Positions 1 through 9,174 of a DNA stretch of 64,000 nt are shown here, piece by piece. Where the stretch lies: the NCBI GenBank assembly GCA_900763175.1, contig CAAFJI010000200.1, positions 1,327 to 65,326 of the forward strand, read 5' to 3'. Position 1 is the first letter of the stretch; every line of letters begins with the position of its first letter. A program made the translations under genes and the position numbers. The stretch is from Lachnospiraceae bacterium. GTDB lineage: Bacteria; Bacillota; Clostridia; Lachnospirales; Lachnospiraceae. The notes beneath the pieces were generated by a model. That model had not been told where the DNA came from, made no database searches, and worked only from the letters and a program-made list of their open reading frames with translations.

Positions 1-1
1 A

Positions 2-475
2 GTAGAATTTGATTCCGCTGCAGAATCTGAAAATGACTGGACCTCAGTTGTATCAGATATTTCCAAAAATGCACAGGACCTTTCCGAAGTATTAAATGGT
101 GATGGTGTGAAAGAAACAACAGCAGTAAAAGGAACAGGAAAGATCAAAGAATACAATACAGATACACCGAAACATTACCTTGTAGTGGAACTGGATGGCT
201 ACACCGGAACGACAGAAGTTCAGGTGCGTACAGATGGCCCGAACTCCAGTACCGCAATCCGTGATCTTCAGACTCTGAAAACGTTTGAAAGCTTTACAAA
301 TCAGACCGAATGGTCAAGCTATGGAAAAGACCTGAACAAGCAGGCACTTGCACAGGTAATTGATCCACTTGGAATCGACGACAGTGTAGTTGGCAAGACT
401 GTTACATTTACAGGCGGCGCAGAAGCCGGCACAGATGCAGTATCTATTACAGCAGTCGAGTTAACGATTGAATAA
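2..475 (+). CDS. DUF2291-family lipoprotein associated with sugar ABC transporter (5' end outside window)
   Basis: Frame is open from position 2 to TAA at 475. Motif GPNSSTAIRD...F..F.NQ.E...GK.LN resembles DUF2291. Lies directly upstream of the sugar ABC ATPase. Confidence 0.75.
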   Translation, partial: VEFDSAAESENDWTSVVSDISKNAQDLSEVLNGDGVKETTAVKGTGKIKEYNTDTPKHYLVVELDGYTGTTEVQVRTDGPNSSTAIRDLQTLKTFESFTNQTEWSSYGKDLNKQALAQVIDPLGIDDSVVGKTVTFTGGAEAGTDAVSITAVELTIE

Positions 476-489
476 AAGGAGGAAGCATT

Positions 490-2028
490 ATGTTTGATGA
501 TCCAAATGTTGTTCTCCATTGCGAAAAGATAGACAAGATTTACCCCGGAACCAAAGCTCTGGATCAGGTTTCCTTTGACCTTCTGAAGGGAAAAGTAAAT
601 GTTCTGATCGGAGAGAACGGAGCCGGAAAATCCACACTGATGAAGATGATCGCAGGTATCGAACAGCCATCCGCAGGAAAAATGTACATGGACGGACAGG
701 AAGTATACTTCAAGGATACCAACGCTGCCAGGGCAAAGGGCATCGGAATCATCCATCAGGAACTTTCTCTTTTTCCGAACATGACTGTATATCAGAATAT
801 TTTTATGGGACATGAGAAGAAAAAAGGCATTTTCCTGGATGACAAAGCGCATTCAGAAGGAGCAAAGAAGATCCTGCAGCGTCTGGAGCATGAGATTCCG
901 CCGGAAACCATGGTTGGAGATCTTCGTGTGGGACAGCAGCAGATGGTAGAGATCGCCAGAAACCTGAACCAGGATGACCTGCGTGTCCTTATCATGGATG
1001 AGCCTACCTCATCCCTGTCAGCAGCAGAGGTTAAGGTTCTGTTCAAGATCATGAGAGAGCTTCTGGAAGCCGGAATTTCCATCGTATATATTTCCCATCG
1101 TCTGGAGGAAATCATGGAGATCGGAGATCACGTTACCATTCTTCGAGATGGAAAATACGTTGCAGATGCTGATGTAAAGGACATCGAGCTTAGCTGGATC
1201 GTAGAGAACATGGTTGGTAAGAATACACAGTACCATCGTTTCCAGAGAACCATTGATCTTACTAAACAGCCGAAGATTCTGGAGGTTAAGAACCTAAGGC
1301 TTCCGAAGAAGGGCGGCGGCTGGCTTCTTGACAATGTAAGCCTCGATCTGAAAAAGGGTGAAGTCCTCGGTATCTACGGACTTCTTGGCGCTGGACGAAG
1401 CGAGCTGTTTGAATGCCTTATGGGCCTTCATCCAGAGCATACCGGTGAGATTATTTATGAGGGAAAACCTCTTAAAGTCAAAGACGTTGCTACCCAGATC
1501 AAGAACGGATTTGCCCTTGTACCTGAGGATCGTCAGAGCCAGGGCCTGATCCAGACACTTGACATTGGCAAAAATACATCTATTTCCTCTCTGAAGGATT
1601 ATGTGAAAGGTCTCTTCCTCAATGAAAAAGCAGAGGATGCAGCAGTAGATGAGCAGATCAAAGACATTCATATCAAAGTAGCAGATAAGAGACTTCCTAT
1701 TCTGTCTCTGTCCGGTGGAAACCAGCAGAAGGTTGTTATTGGAAAAGGACTTCTGACAAAACCGAAGATCTTACTTCTGGATGAGCCTTCCCGTGGTATT
1801 GATATCGGAGCAAAGACTGAGGTCTTTGAAATCATTCACGACCTTTCAGAAAAAGGACTTTCCATTATCGTTATCTCATCCGAGCTGAAAGAAATCATGG
1901 CCATTGCAGACAGAATCTGTGTACTGTCTAATGGTAAAAAGACCGGCGAGCTTATCGGAAACGAGATTACAGAAGACACACTTGTACGTACATCCTATGC
2001 CGGACTTGGAACCGGAAGAAATGCGTAG
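490..2028 (+). CDS. Monosaccharide (ribose-type) ABC transporter ATP-binding protein, two ATPase domains
   Basis: Walker A GENGAGKST, IMDEPT, LSGGNQQKV, LDEPSRGID; RBS AAGGAGG. Confidence 0.95.
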   Translation: MFDDPNVVLHCEKIDKIYPGTKALDQVSFDLLKGKVNVLIGENGAGKSTLMKMIAGIEQPSAGKMYMDGQEVYFKDTNAARAKGIGIIHQELSLFPNMTVYQNIFMGHEKKKGIFLDDKAHSEGAKKILQRLEHEIPPETMVGDLRVGQQQMVEIARNLNQDDLRVLIMDEPTSSLSAAEVKVLFKIMRELLEAGISIVYISHRLEEIMEIGDHVTILRDGKYVADADVKDIELSWIVENMVGKNTQYHRFQRTIDLTKQPKILEVKNLRLPKKGGGWLLDNVSLDLKKGEVLGIYGLLGAGRSELFECLMGLHPEHTGEIIYEGKPLKVKDVATQIKNGFALVPEDRQSQGLIQTLDIGKNTSISSLKDYVKGLFLNEKAEDAAVDEQIKDIHIKVADKRLPILSLSGGNQQKVVIGKGLLTKPKILLLDEPSRGIDIGAKTEVFEIIHDLSEKGLSIIVISSELKEIMAIADRICVLSNGKKTGELIGNEITEDTLVRTSYAGLGTGRNA

Positions 2029-2048
2029 AACCGGGGAGGAGCAGAACA

Positions 2049-3095
2049 ATGAATAACAAAAAATCCAATAATAATCAGTTGTTAATGACCCTTTTAAAAG
2101 GACGTACCTTTATTGTACTGGTACTCTTGGTCATCTTTTTCACTATTGTAAAAGGAACTACATTCCTGTCAGCATCTACACTGACCATGGTTGCCAAGCA
2201 CGTTGCACTTTATGGTATCCTGGCTCTTGGTATGACATTCGTAATCATTACCGGTGGTATTGACCTTTCCGTTGGTTCTGTAGTCGGTCTGGTTGGTATG
2301 CTTGCCGGAGGTATGATCCAGGAAGGTATCACACTGAAATTTGCAGGTGTTACTCTTTACTTCAGCGTACCGGTTATCGTAATCGCAATGCTGGTTGTTG
2401 GTTGTGCCATCGGTGCAGTCAATGGTCTTATTGTAACAAAATTAGGTGTAGCACCATTCATTGCTACTCTTGGTACTATGTATATCTGCCGTGGATTTGC
2501 AAACCTTCGTTCCAACGGAGCAACATTTTCCGACATCAAAGGTTATGACGGACTTGGAAATACAGGCTTCAAGATCTTCGGAAGCAACATCGCAGGAATT
2601 CCTACAGGTGTTTATATTTTCGCAGTACTTGCAATTATCGCAGTTATCATCCTGAAGAAAATCCCATTTGGATGGTATGTACTTGCAGTCGGTGGTAATG
2701 AGAAATCTGCCCGCCTTTCCGGTATCAAGGCTGACAAGATCAAAATTATCGTTTACATGATCTCCGGTTTCTGTGCAGCATGGGTTGGTATGATCAATAC
2801 CTCTCAGCTGTCAGCAGCTCATCCGGCATCTGGTGATGGATGGGAAATGAACGCAATCGCAGCAACTGTTCTTGGTGGAACCTCCATGAGCGGTGGTTCC
2901 GGTACAATTATCGGAACTGTAGTTGGTGCTTTCGTAATCGGTGTTATCAACGATGGTATGACAATGTGTGGTGTATCTGAGTTCTGGCAGAAGGTTATCC
3001 GTGGTCTGGTAATCATCCTTGCAGTTGTTATCGACCAGACACAGAGAAACCTTCAGGCGAAGATGGCACTTCAGGCAAGAAATGAGAACAAATAA
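2049..3095 (+). CDS. Monosaccharide ABC transporter permease (RbsC-like)
   Basis: GGIDLSVGS, PFIATLG, GGNEKSARLSGI and AIAATVLGGTS motifs; hydrophobic. Confidence 0.95.
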   Translation: MNNKKSNNNQLLMTLLKGRTFIVLVLLVIFFTIVKGTTFLSASTLTMVAKHVALYGILALGMTFVIITGGIDLSVGSVVGLVGMLAGGMIQEGITLKFAGVTLYFSVPVIVIAMLVVGCAIGAVNGLIVTKLGVAPFIATLGTMYICRGFANLRSNGATFSDIKGYDGLGNTGFKIFGSNIAGIPTGVYIFAVLAIIAVIILKKIPFGWYVLAVGGNEKSARLSGIKADKIKIIVYMISGFCAAWVGMINTSQLSAAHPASGDGWEMNAIAATVLGGTSMSGGSGTIIGTVVGAFVIGVINDGMTMCGVSEFWQKVIRGLVIILAVVIDQTQRNLQAKMALQARNENK

Positions 3096-3198
3096 GCAGT
3101 TTAACGGAACAAATGCTTCACAGTTGTTTCGTATAGAGTTACATAGTCAGGCAGATTGAGAAGATCCGCTTGCTATCAGAGAAGCAGGAGGAACAAGC

Positions 3199-3600
3199 AT
3201 GAAGAAATCAGGGATATTAAATGCCCAGCTGATTCGCTGTATTGCTGAACTGGGACATAAAGATCTGTTTATGATCGGAGATGCAGGAATGCCTATTCCA
3301 AGGGGCGTGGAAATCGTAGATCTGGTTGTATGTGGAGGGGTTCCAACCTTTAAACAGGTGATGGATGCAGTACTGGTTGAAACAGAGGTAGAGGCTTATA
3401 CCATTGCCAATGAGATTGAGGAAAAGAATCCAGAGCTTCTTGCATATATCCAGCAGAGCCTTCCACAGGCAGAGGAGAGTAGGATTGACCATGTAGACCT
3501 GAAAAAGATGTCTGCACAGTGCAAATTTGCAATCCGTACAGGTGAGTTTACACCTTATCCGAACATAATTTTAAGAGCGGGAGTTGCTTTCCCGGCATAA
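3199..3600 (+). CDS. rbsD: D-ribose pyranase
   Basis: MKKSGILN, LGHKD...GDAGMPIP, IRTGEFTPYPNIIL. Confidence 0.93.
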   Translation: MKKSGILNAQLIRCIAELGHKDLFMIGDAGMPIPRGVEIVDLVVCGGVPTFKQVMDAVLVETEVEAYTIANEIEEKNPELLAYIQQSLPQAEESRIDHVDLKKMSAQCKFAIRTGEFTPYPNIILRAGVAFPA

Positions 3601-3612
3601 AAGGATTAGAGA

Positions 3613-3655
3613 AGACGCTGCGAAAGAAGATACTTTATTTTGCGGCGTCTTTTTT
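3613..3655 (+). terminator. Rho-independent terminator after rbsD
   Basis: AGACGCTGCGAAA...TTTTGCGGCGTCT stem followed by a T-run. Confidence 0.75.
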
Positions 3656-3855
3656 CTATAATAGCAGGTGGGTGCCTGTGTAACTATATAAGCTGTTTCT
3701 AGAGCGTGTTTGTATAGATACACAGACATCTTCAGGAATCTGGGCGGTCAGACAGATATTGGCAATCTGCTTAGCTGTCTGTTTATAGCCGAAGAACTGC
3801 GGGGCGGTTGTTCGGTTAAAGGGGGAACGTTTTACGAACAGAGGAGGGCCAGAGA

Positions 3856-4854
3856 ATGAAAGTAAGTGTGAAGAAAATCAGTGAGATTACCGGTTTTTCT
3901 CCGGCAACTGTATCAAATGCACTAAATTACAAAAAAGGCGTGAATGCAGAAACATCTGCAAAGATTTTTAAGGCAGCACAGGATCTTGGATATTATGAAG
4001 AAAACCATATTCGTAAAGTGAAATTTGTAATGTTCAAACGAGATGGCTCCGTAGTAGAGGATTCGCCATTTTTTATCCAGCTGATCTCTGGTGCTGAACA
4101 GGAATGCCGTGCCTGTGGAATGGAGATGCAGCTGTGTAACCTGGACAAACGGGATCCGGGATATAAAGAGCAGGCCAAATGGATTATGAATGATAAGGCA
4201 TCTGCGGTGGTTCTTCTTGGGACGGAGATGATGGATTCAGACATTGACCTGATTCGGGGAATGACCTGCCCGTTTATTGTAATTGATTATTGGAAAGAAG
4301 ATATGAGCTTTGACGCTATGCTGATCAACAATGCAGATTCCGCCCGTATGGCAACGGAATATTTGATTGCCAATGGGCATAAGGAGATTGGATATCTTCA
4401 GGGAAAATTCCGTATTAAGCCTTTCCGTTCTCGTTCTGCCGGCTATCAGACAGCCCTTCAGAAGGCAGGGATCCATCTGAATAAGGATTATATAGTAACA
4501 ATGTCTACCACCATTGATGGTGCCTATGAAGATATGAAACGGTATTTGATGGGAAAACCGAAGCTGCCAACTGCTTTTTTTGCAGACAATGATATGATCG
4601 CATTGGGAGCTATGAAGGCAATGGCAGAGGTTGGTGTTCGGATTCCAGAGGATGTTTCCATTGTGGGATTTGATGATCTCACCTTTTCCTCCATTTCCTA
4701 TCCGCCGCTGACTACGCTCCGGGTGCCGAAGCAGGAGATGGGAAGGGCTGTTGTAAGAAGACTTCGGGATATGATAAAGGACAACGATGGGATTAAGATG
4801 AAGATGCAGATGTGCACACAGTTTATTGAGAGGAAGAGTGTGCGGAAACTGTAA
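3856..4854 (+). CDS. LacI-family transcriptional regulator
   Basis: N-terminal HTH (SVKKISEITGFSPATVSNALN); C-terminal IPEDVSIVGFDD...PPLTT. Confidence 0.93.
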   Translation: MKVSVKKISEITGFSPATVSNALNYKKGVNAETSAKIFKAAQDLGYYEENHIRKVKFVMFKRDGSVVEDSPFFIQLISGAEQECRACGMEMQLCNLDKRDPGYKEQAKWIMNDKASAVVLLGTEMMDSDIDLIRGMTCPFIVIDYWKEDMSFDAMLINNADSARMATEYLIANGHKEIGYLQGKFRIKPFRSRSAGYQTALQKAGIHLNKDYIVTMSTTIDGAYEDMKRYLMGKPKLPTAFFADNDMIALGAMKAMAEVGVRIPEDVSIVGFDDLTFSSISYPPLTTLRVPKQEMGRAVVRRLRDMIKDNDGIKMKMQMCTQFIERKSVRKL

Positions 4855-4865
4855 AGAAACAGAGT

Positions 4866-4941
4866 CCCGCAAACTGTGATGCACATCTTGCAGAAAGCAT
4901 TTTCCAAACACAGTTCAAAGCCTGCCTCGAAAATCATTCCT
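4866..4941 (+). repeat. Decayed fragments of the 160-bp palindromic element (end of one copy, start of another)
   Basis: TCCCGCAAACTGTGATGCACATCTTGCAGAAAGCATTTTCCAAACAC matches the right end of 12425-12584; AAAATCATTCCTG matches its left end. Confidence 0.75.
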
Positions 4942-4974
4942 GTCTGGATTGGCAGGCTTCATATGTGGGGCTGA

Positions 4975-5580
4975 TTATGCCTGGATTGCCTTCATAATAG
5001 CATCGAATAGCTCATCATAGTTTTCGAAAGCTGGAATCTCCGGATATTCTGCCTTGATAGCATCTGTGCTTTTGAACAGGAAACCTGCCTTGCTGGCCTG
5101 GATCATACCAAGGTCATTGTGGCTGTCGCCGCTGGCAATGGTATCGTAGCCAATAGACTGCAGTGCTTTTACTGTTGTATATTTGGATTTCTCACAGCGC
5201 ATCTTGAAGTCAGAGATCTCGCCATTTTCGCCAACAACCAGAGTGTTGCAGAAAATAGTGGGGTATCCCAGTTTTTTCATAAGAGGACCGGCGAACTGGG
5301 AAAAAGTATCGCTGAGGATAATAACCTGCGTCTGAGCCCTCAGCTTGTCCAGAAATTCCTTCGCTCCGGGAATGGGATCGATTTTTGCAATGGTTTCCTG
5401 GATTTCTTTCAGTCCAAGCCCATGTTCTTTCAGGATATTCAGACGGTATTTCATTAATTTATCATAATCAGGCTCATCTCTTGTAGTTCTTTTCAGCTCC
5501 GGGATGCCGGTTTCTTCTGCAAAAGCAATCCAGATCTCCGGGACAAGCACACCTTCCAGGTCTAAACAAACAATTTCCAT
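4975..5580 (-). CDS. thrH: Bifunctional phosphoserine phosphatase/homoserine phosphotransferase
   Basis: MEIVCLDLEGVLVPEIW, LKRTTRDEPDYDKLM, GDSHND. Start chosen after RBS GGAGGG; an alternative ATG is at 5592. Confidence 0.92.
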   Translation of the reverse strand: MEIVCLDLEGVLVPEIWIAFAEETGIPELKRTTRDEPDYDKLMKYRLNILKEHGLGLKEIQETIAKIDPIPGAKEFLDKLRAQTQVIILSDTFSQFAGPLMKKLGYPTIFCNTLVVGENGEISDFKMRCEKSKYTTVKALQSIGYDTIASGDSHNDLGMIQASKAGFLFKSTDAIKAEYPEIPAFENYDELFDAIMKAIQA

Positions 5581-5824
5581 AATACCCTCCATATTGACAT
5601 TGATATTGGCACTTTTATACGCTATCTCATTATAGCGTAAAAACGAGAGGAATGCTATAGGAAATTCAGATTATGGTGTTGAAAATTGGAGAAATAACAG
5701 AGAAAGATTGTCTGATAGAAATTACAGGGTAATATTGCCGTATTGGAAAAAATGTGGTATATTATTTATATCTGTAGTAATAATATACAAAACAAATAGA
5801 AAAACAATGGCAGGAGTGGTTAAA

Positions 5825-7507
5825 ATGTATAACGAAGAGTACAAGCGCTGGATGGCAGCAGATCTTGAAGATGCAGATCTGAAACCGGAATTATCTAAGA
5901 TTGAAGGAAACGATGAGGAAATTAAGGAACGCTTTGCAGTATCTCTTAAGTTTGGAACAGCCGGACTTCGCGGAGTTCTCGGCGCAGGAACAAACCGCAT
6001 GAACATTTATGTGGTACGTCAGGCTACACAGGGACTTGCCAACTGGGTGAAGACACAGGGTGGCAGCCAGACTGTTGCAATCAGCTATGACAGCCGTCTG
6101 AAGAGCGATGTATTTGCAAAGACAGCAGCTGGTGTTCTTGCTGCCAATGGAATCAAGGTTCGAATTTATGATGCATTAATGCCGGTACCGGCACTTTCCT
6201 TTGCTACACGTTACTATGAGTGTAATGCCGGTATTATGGTAACTGCTTCTCATAACCCGGCGAAATATAACGGCTATAAGGCTTATGGCCCGGATGGATG
6301 CCAGATGACTGACGATGCAGCTGCGATTGTATACGATGAGATCCAGAAAACAGATGTACTGACAGGTGCAAAATATATGTCCTTTGCAGAAGGTGTTGAG
6401 GAAGGCTTTATCCGCTTTGTAGGAGATGACTGCAAACGTGCTCTCTATGATGCGATCGAGTCACGCCAGGTTCGTCCAGGTCTTTGCAAGACAGCCGGCC
6501 TGAAGCTGGTTTACAGCCCGCTGAACGGCTCCGGACTTGTACCGGTGACACAGATCCTGAAGGATATTGGAATCACAGATGTAACTATCGTTCCGGATCA
6601 GGAATATCCGAATGGCTACTTTACCACCTGCAGCTATCCGAACCCGGAGATTTTCGCAGCTCTGGAGCAGGGACTGAAGCTTGCCAAGGAGACTGGAGCA
6701 GACCTTATGCTTGCTACTGACCCGGATGCAGACCGTGTTGGTATTGCAATGAAATGCCCGGATGGTTCCTATGAGCTGGTAAGCGGAAATGAAGTAGGAG
6801 TTCTTCTTCTTGACTATATTGCGGCAGGACGTATTGAAAAAGGTACTATGCCGAAGAATCCGGTTGCGGTAAAATCTATCGTATCTACTCCTCTGGCAGA
6901 TGCAGTTGCTGAGCATTATGGTGTAGAGCTGAGAAGTGTACTTACCGGATTTAAGTGGATTGGTGATCAGATCGCACAGCTGGAGGCAGCAGGTGAGGTT
7001 GACCGCTTTATCTTTGGATTTGAGGAGAGCTATGGCTACCTTGCAGGACCGTATGTACGTGATAAGGATGCGATCATCGGTTCTATGCTGATCTGCGAGA
7101 TGGCTGCTTATTACAGAAGCATTGGAAGCTCCCTGAAGCAGAGACTTGAGGAAATCTATGCACAGTATGGCCGTTACCTGAATAAAGTAGACAGCTTTGA
7201 ATTCCCAGGCCTTAGCGGAATGGACACCATGGCAGGAATCATGCAGAAATTCCGTGACAATCCGCCGACAGAGATCGCTGGCTACAAGGTTGTAAGTGTT
7301 ACAGACTACAAGAAACCAAAAGAGACAGGCCTTCCGGCAGCAAACGTTCTGATCTACAAGCTTGAGAACAATGAGACTGTTGTAGTTCGTCCATCTGGAA
7401 CAGAGCCGAAGATCAAGATCTACTACACTACACTTGGCAAAGACCTTGCAGAGGCAGAAGCTGAGAAAGAGAAACTGGCTAAAGCACTTGAGCCAATGAT
7501 GGCATAA
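5825..7507 (+). CDS. pgm: Phosphoglucomutase / phospho-sugar mutase
   Basis: FGTAGLRG, TASHNP, DPDADR, FEESYG, RPSGTEPKIK. Start at ATG 5825 after GGAG. Confidence 0.92.
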   Translation: MYNEEYKRWMAADLEDADLKPELSKIEGNDEEIKERFAVSLKFGTAGLRGVLGAGTNRMNIYVVRQATQGLANWVKTQGGSQTVAISYDSRLKSDVFAKTAAGVLAANGIKVRIYDALMPVPALSFATRYYECNAGIMVTASHNPAKYNGYKAYGPDGCQMTDDAAAIVYDEIQKTDVLTGAKYMSFAEGVEEGFIRFVGDDCKRALYDAIESRQVRPGLCKTAGLKLVYSPLNGSGLVPVTQILKDIGITDVTIVPDQEYPNGYFTTCSYPNPEIFAALEQGLKLAKETGADLMLATDPDADRVGIAMKCPDGSYELVSGNEVGVLLLDYIAAGRIEKGTMPKNPVAVKSIVSTPLADAVAEHYGVELRSVLTGFKWIGDQIAQLEAAGEVDRFIFGFEESYGYLAGPYVRDKDAIIGSMLICEMAAYYRSIGSSLKQRLEEIYAQYGRYLNKVDSFEFPGLSGMDTMAGIMQKFRDNPPTEIAGYKVVSVTDYKKPKETGLPAANVLIYKLENNETVVVRPSGTEPKIKIYYTTLGKDLAEAEAEKEKLAKALEPMMA

Positions 7508-7527
7508 GAGTTCATAAAGCAAAATAA

Positions 7528-7558
7528 ACGCCCTCAGAGATGATTCCTCTGAGGGCGT
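7528..7558 (+). terminator. Hairpin terminator after pgm
   Basis: ACGCCCTCAGAG / CTCTGAGGGCGT perfect 12-bp stem. Confidence 0.7.
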
Positions 7559-8022
7559 AATCATTTGGTGATGTGACAGGATGGAACGACACATATACTT
7601 CAAGAAACAAAAATATACAAAAATAAAACCGAAAATATGTACGATTTTCCAGGTGACAAAATGCGACAGATGTGATAATATAATTACATCAACAAGAGAT
7701 AAAAGATGAAAACACAAAAGAGTTACGAAGTACCAAAGAGATTTTGACAATACACTTTGAGGAAAAATGTTATCTGCAATGCACATCTGATAATCCATAA
7801 CAGAACACATCAGAAAAAAAGGGCTGGAAGGTTATTTTCCAGCCTATAATTATAACAAAATCTGCAATTATCCAATTATGAAATGATAAAATATTCATAC
7901 GATTTCCGGTGCGGACTATAGCCTCTTCTGCGAGAATCGTGTATACTTGTTGATAAATATCGAAATTATTAAATATCAGTGGCGGAGATAGGACTGTTGT
8001 CTGCAAATAGGAGGTTTGGAGT

Positions 8023-9174
8023 ATGAGGCTTTTTCATTTATCAGATCTGCATATCGGCTTGAAGCTTATGAACCGTGATTTATATGAGGATCAGAAATAC
8101 ATAATAGATCAGATCATTCAGCTGTCGAAGCAGGAAGAGCCGGATGGAATCATGATCGCAGGAGACATTTACGACAAAGCTGTGCCATCAGCGGATGCGG
8201 TAGAGTTGTTTGATTATTTTATAGGAAAATTGAGAAATGCCGTGCCAGAGGCTGTGATCATGATAATCAGCGGAAATCACGACAGCGCTCCCCGTGTAAA
8301 CTGTTTCCGAAGCGTATTGAACCATCAGCAGATTTACATGATTGGAATGCCGCCTCAGACAGAAAAGGAACATATTGAAAAGGTTGTGCTGGAGGATGCC
8401 TGGGGACCGGTGAATTTTTATCTTCTTCCTTTCGTGAAGCCTTCCATGGTGAAACTTATCACAGGAACAGATAAAAATGGAAATAATCTTTCTTATGATG
8501 AAACGATTCACAGACTTATTGAGCGGGAAGAAATTGATGTATCTCAGCGCAATGTGCTGGTAAGCCACCAATTTTATCTGCCGGTGGGAGAGAAGGCAGA
8601 AACCGTGGAAAGAATGGATTCTGAAATTCTTACTATTGGAAATATAGATCAGGTATCAGCGGATATTCTTGAGAAATTTGACTATGCTGCGTTGGGGCAT
8701 ATTCACAAACCTATGAAAGTGGGAGGCGAGGTCTATCGTTATTGTGGTACACCCATGGCCTGTTCCATCAGCGAAGCTGGACAGAAAAAAGGAATTATTG
8801 AAGTTGACATAAGACAGAAGGGAGATGTACAGACGAGAGTGCTTCCTCTTACACCATTGCATCAGGTAAGGAAGGTCCAGGGAGGATTACAGGAAGTTCT
8901 TGCACAGGCCTGCAGTGATTATGTAACAGTAGTTCTTACCGATAAAGTAGATTTGGACGTAATAGATATGCAGGACCGCCTGCGTTTGGCGTTCCCCGGC
9001 CTCTTGGAGATTCGCAGAGAAACGCAGAGACACACTGATTATGCCAGCATAAGGACACCAGAAAAGATTCTGAATCCTTTTCAGCTGTGTCGTGAGTTTT
9101 TATCTGAGACAGATGAGGAAGAAATGGATATTTTACAGGATGTGATCAATACGGTTCAGGAGGCGGTGAGATGA
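8023..9174 (+). CDS. sbcD: Exonuclease SbcCD subunit D
   Basis: HLSDLHIG, AGDIYD, SGNHDS, ALGHIH metallophosphoesterase motifs; ATGA overlap with sbcC. Confidence 0.93.
   Translation: MRLFHLSDLHIGLKLMNRDLYEDQKYIIDQIIQLSKQEEPDGIMIAGDIYDKAVPSADAVELFDYFIGKLRNAVPEAVIMIISGNHDSAPRVNCFRSVLNHQQIYMIGMPPQTEKEHIEKVVLEDAWGPVNFYLLPFVKPSMVKLITGTDKNGNNLSYDETIHRLIEREEIDVSQRNVLVSHQFYLPVGEKAETVERMDSEILTIGNIDQVSADILEKFDYAALGHIHKPMKVGGEVYRYCGTPMACSISEAGQKKGIIEVDIRQKGDVQTRVLPLTPLHQVRKVQGGLQEVLAQACSDYVTVVLTDKVDLDVIDMQDRLRLAFPGLLEIRRETQRHTDYASIRTPEKILNPFQLCREFLSETDEEEMDILQDVINTVQEAVR

Noticed and set aside
6461..7810. 449-aa antisense ORF over pgm (similar cases at 27642-28931, 34021-35046, 49187-50284)
   Set aside because: These are shadow frames opposite well-supported genes.
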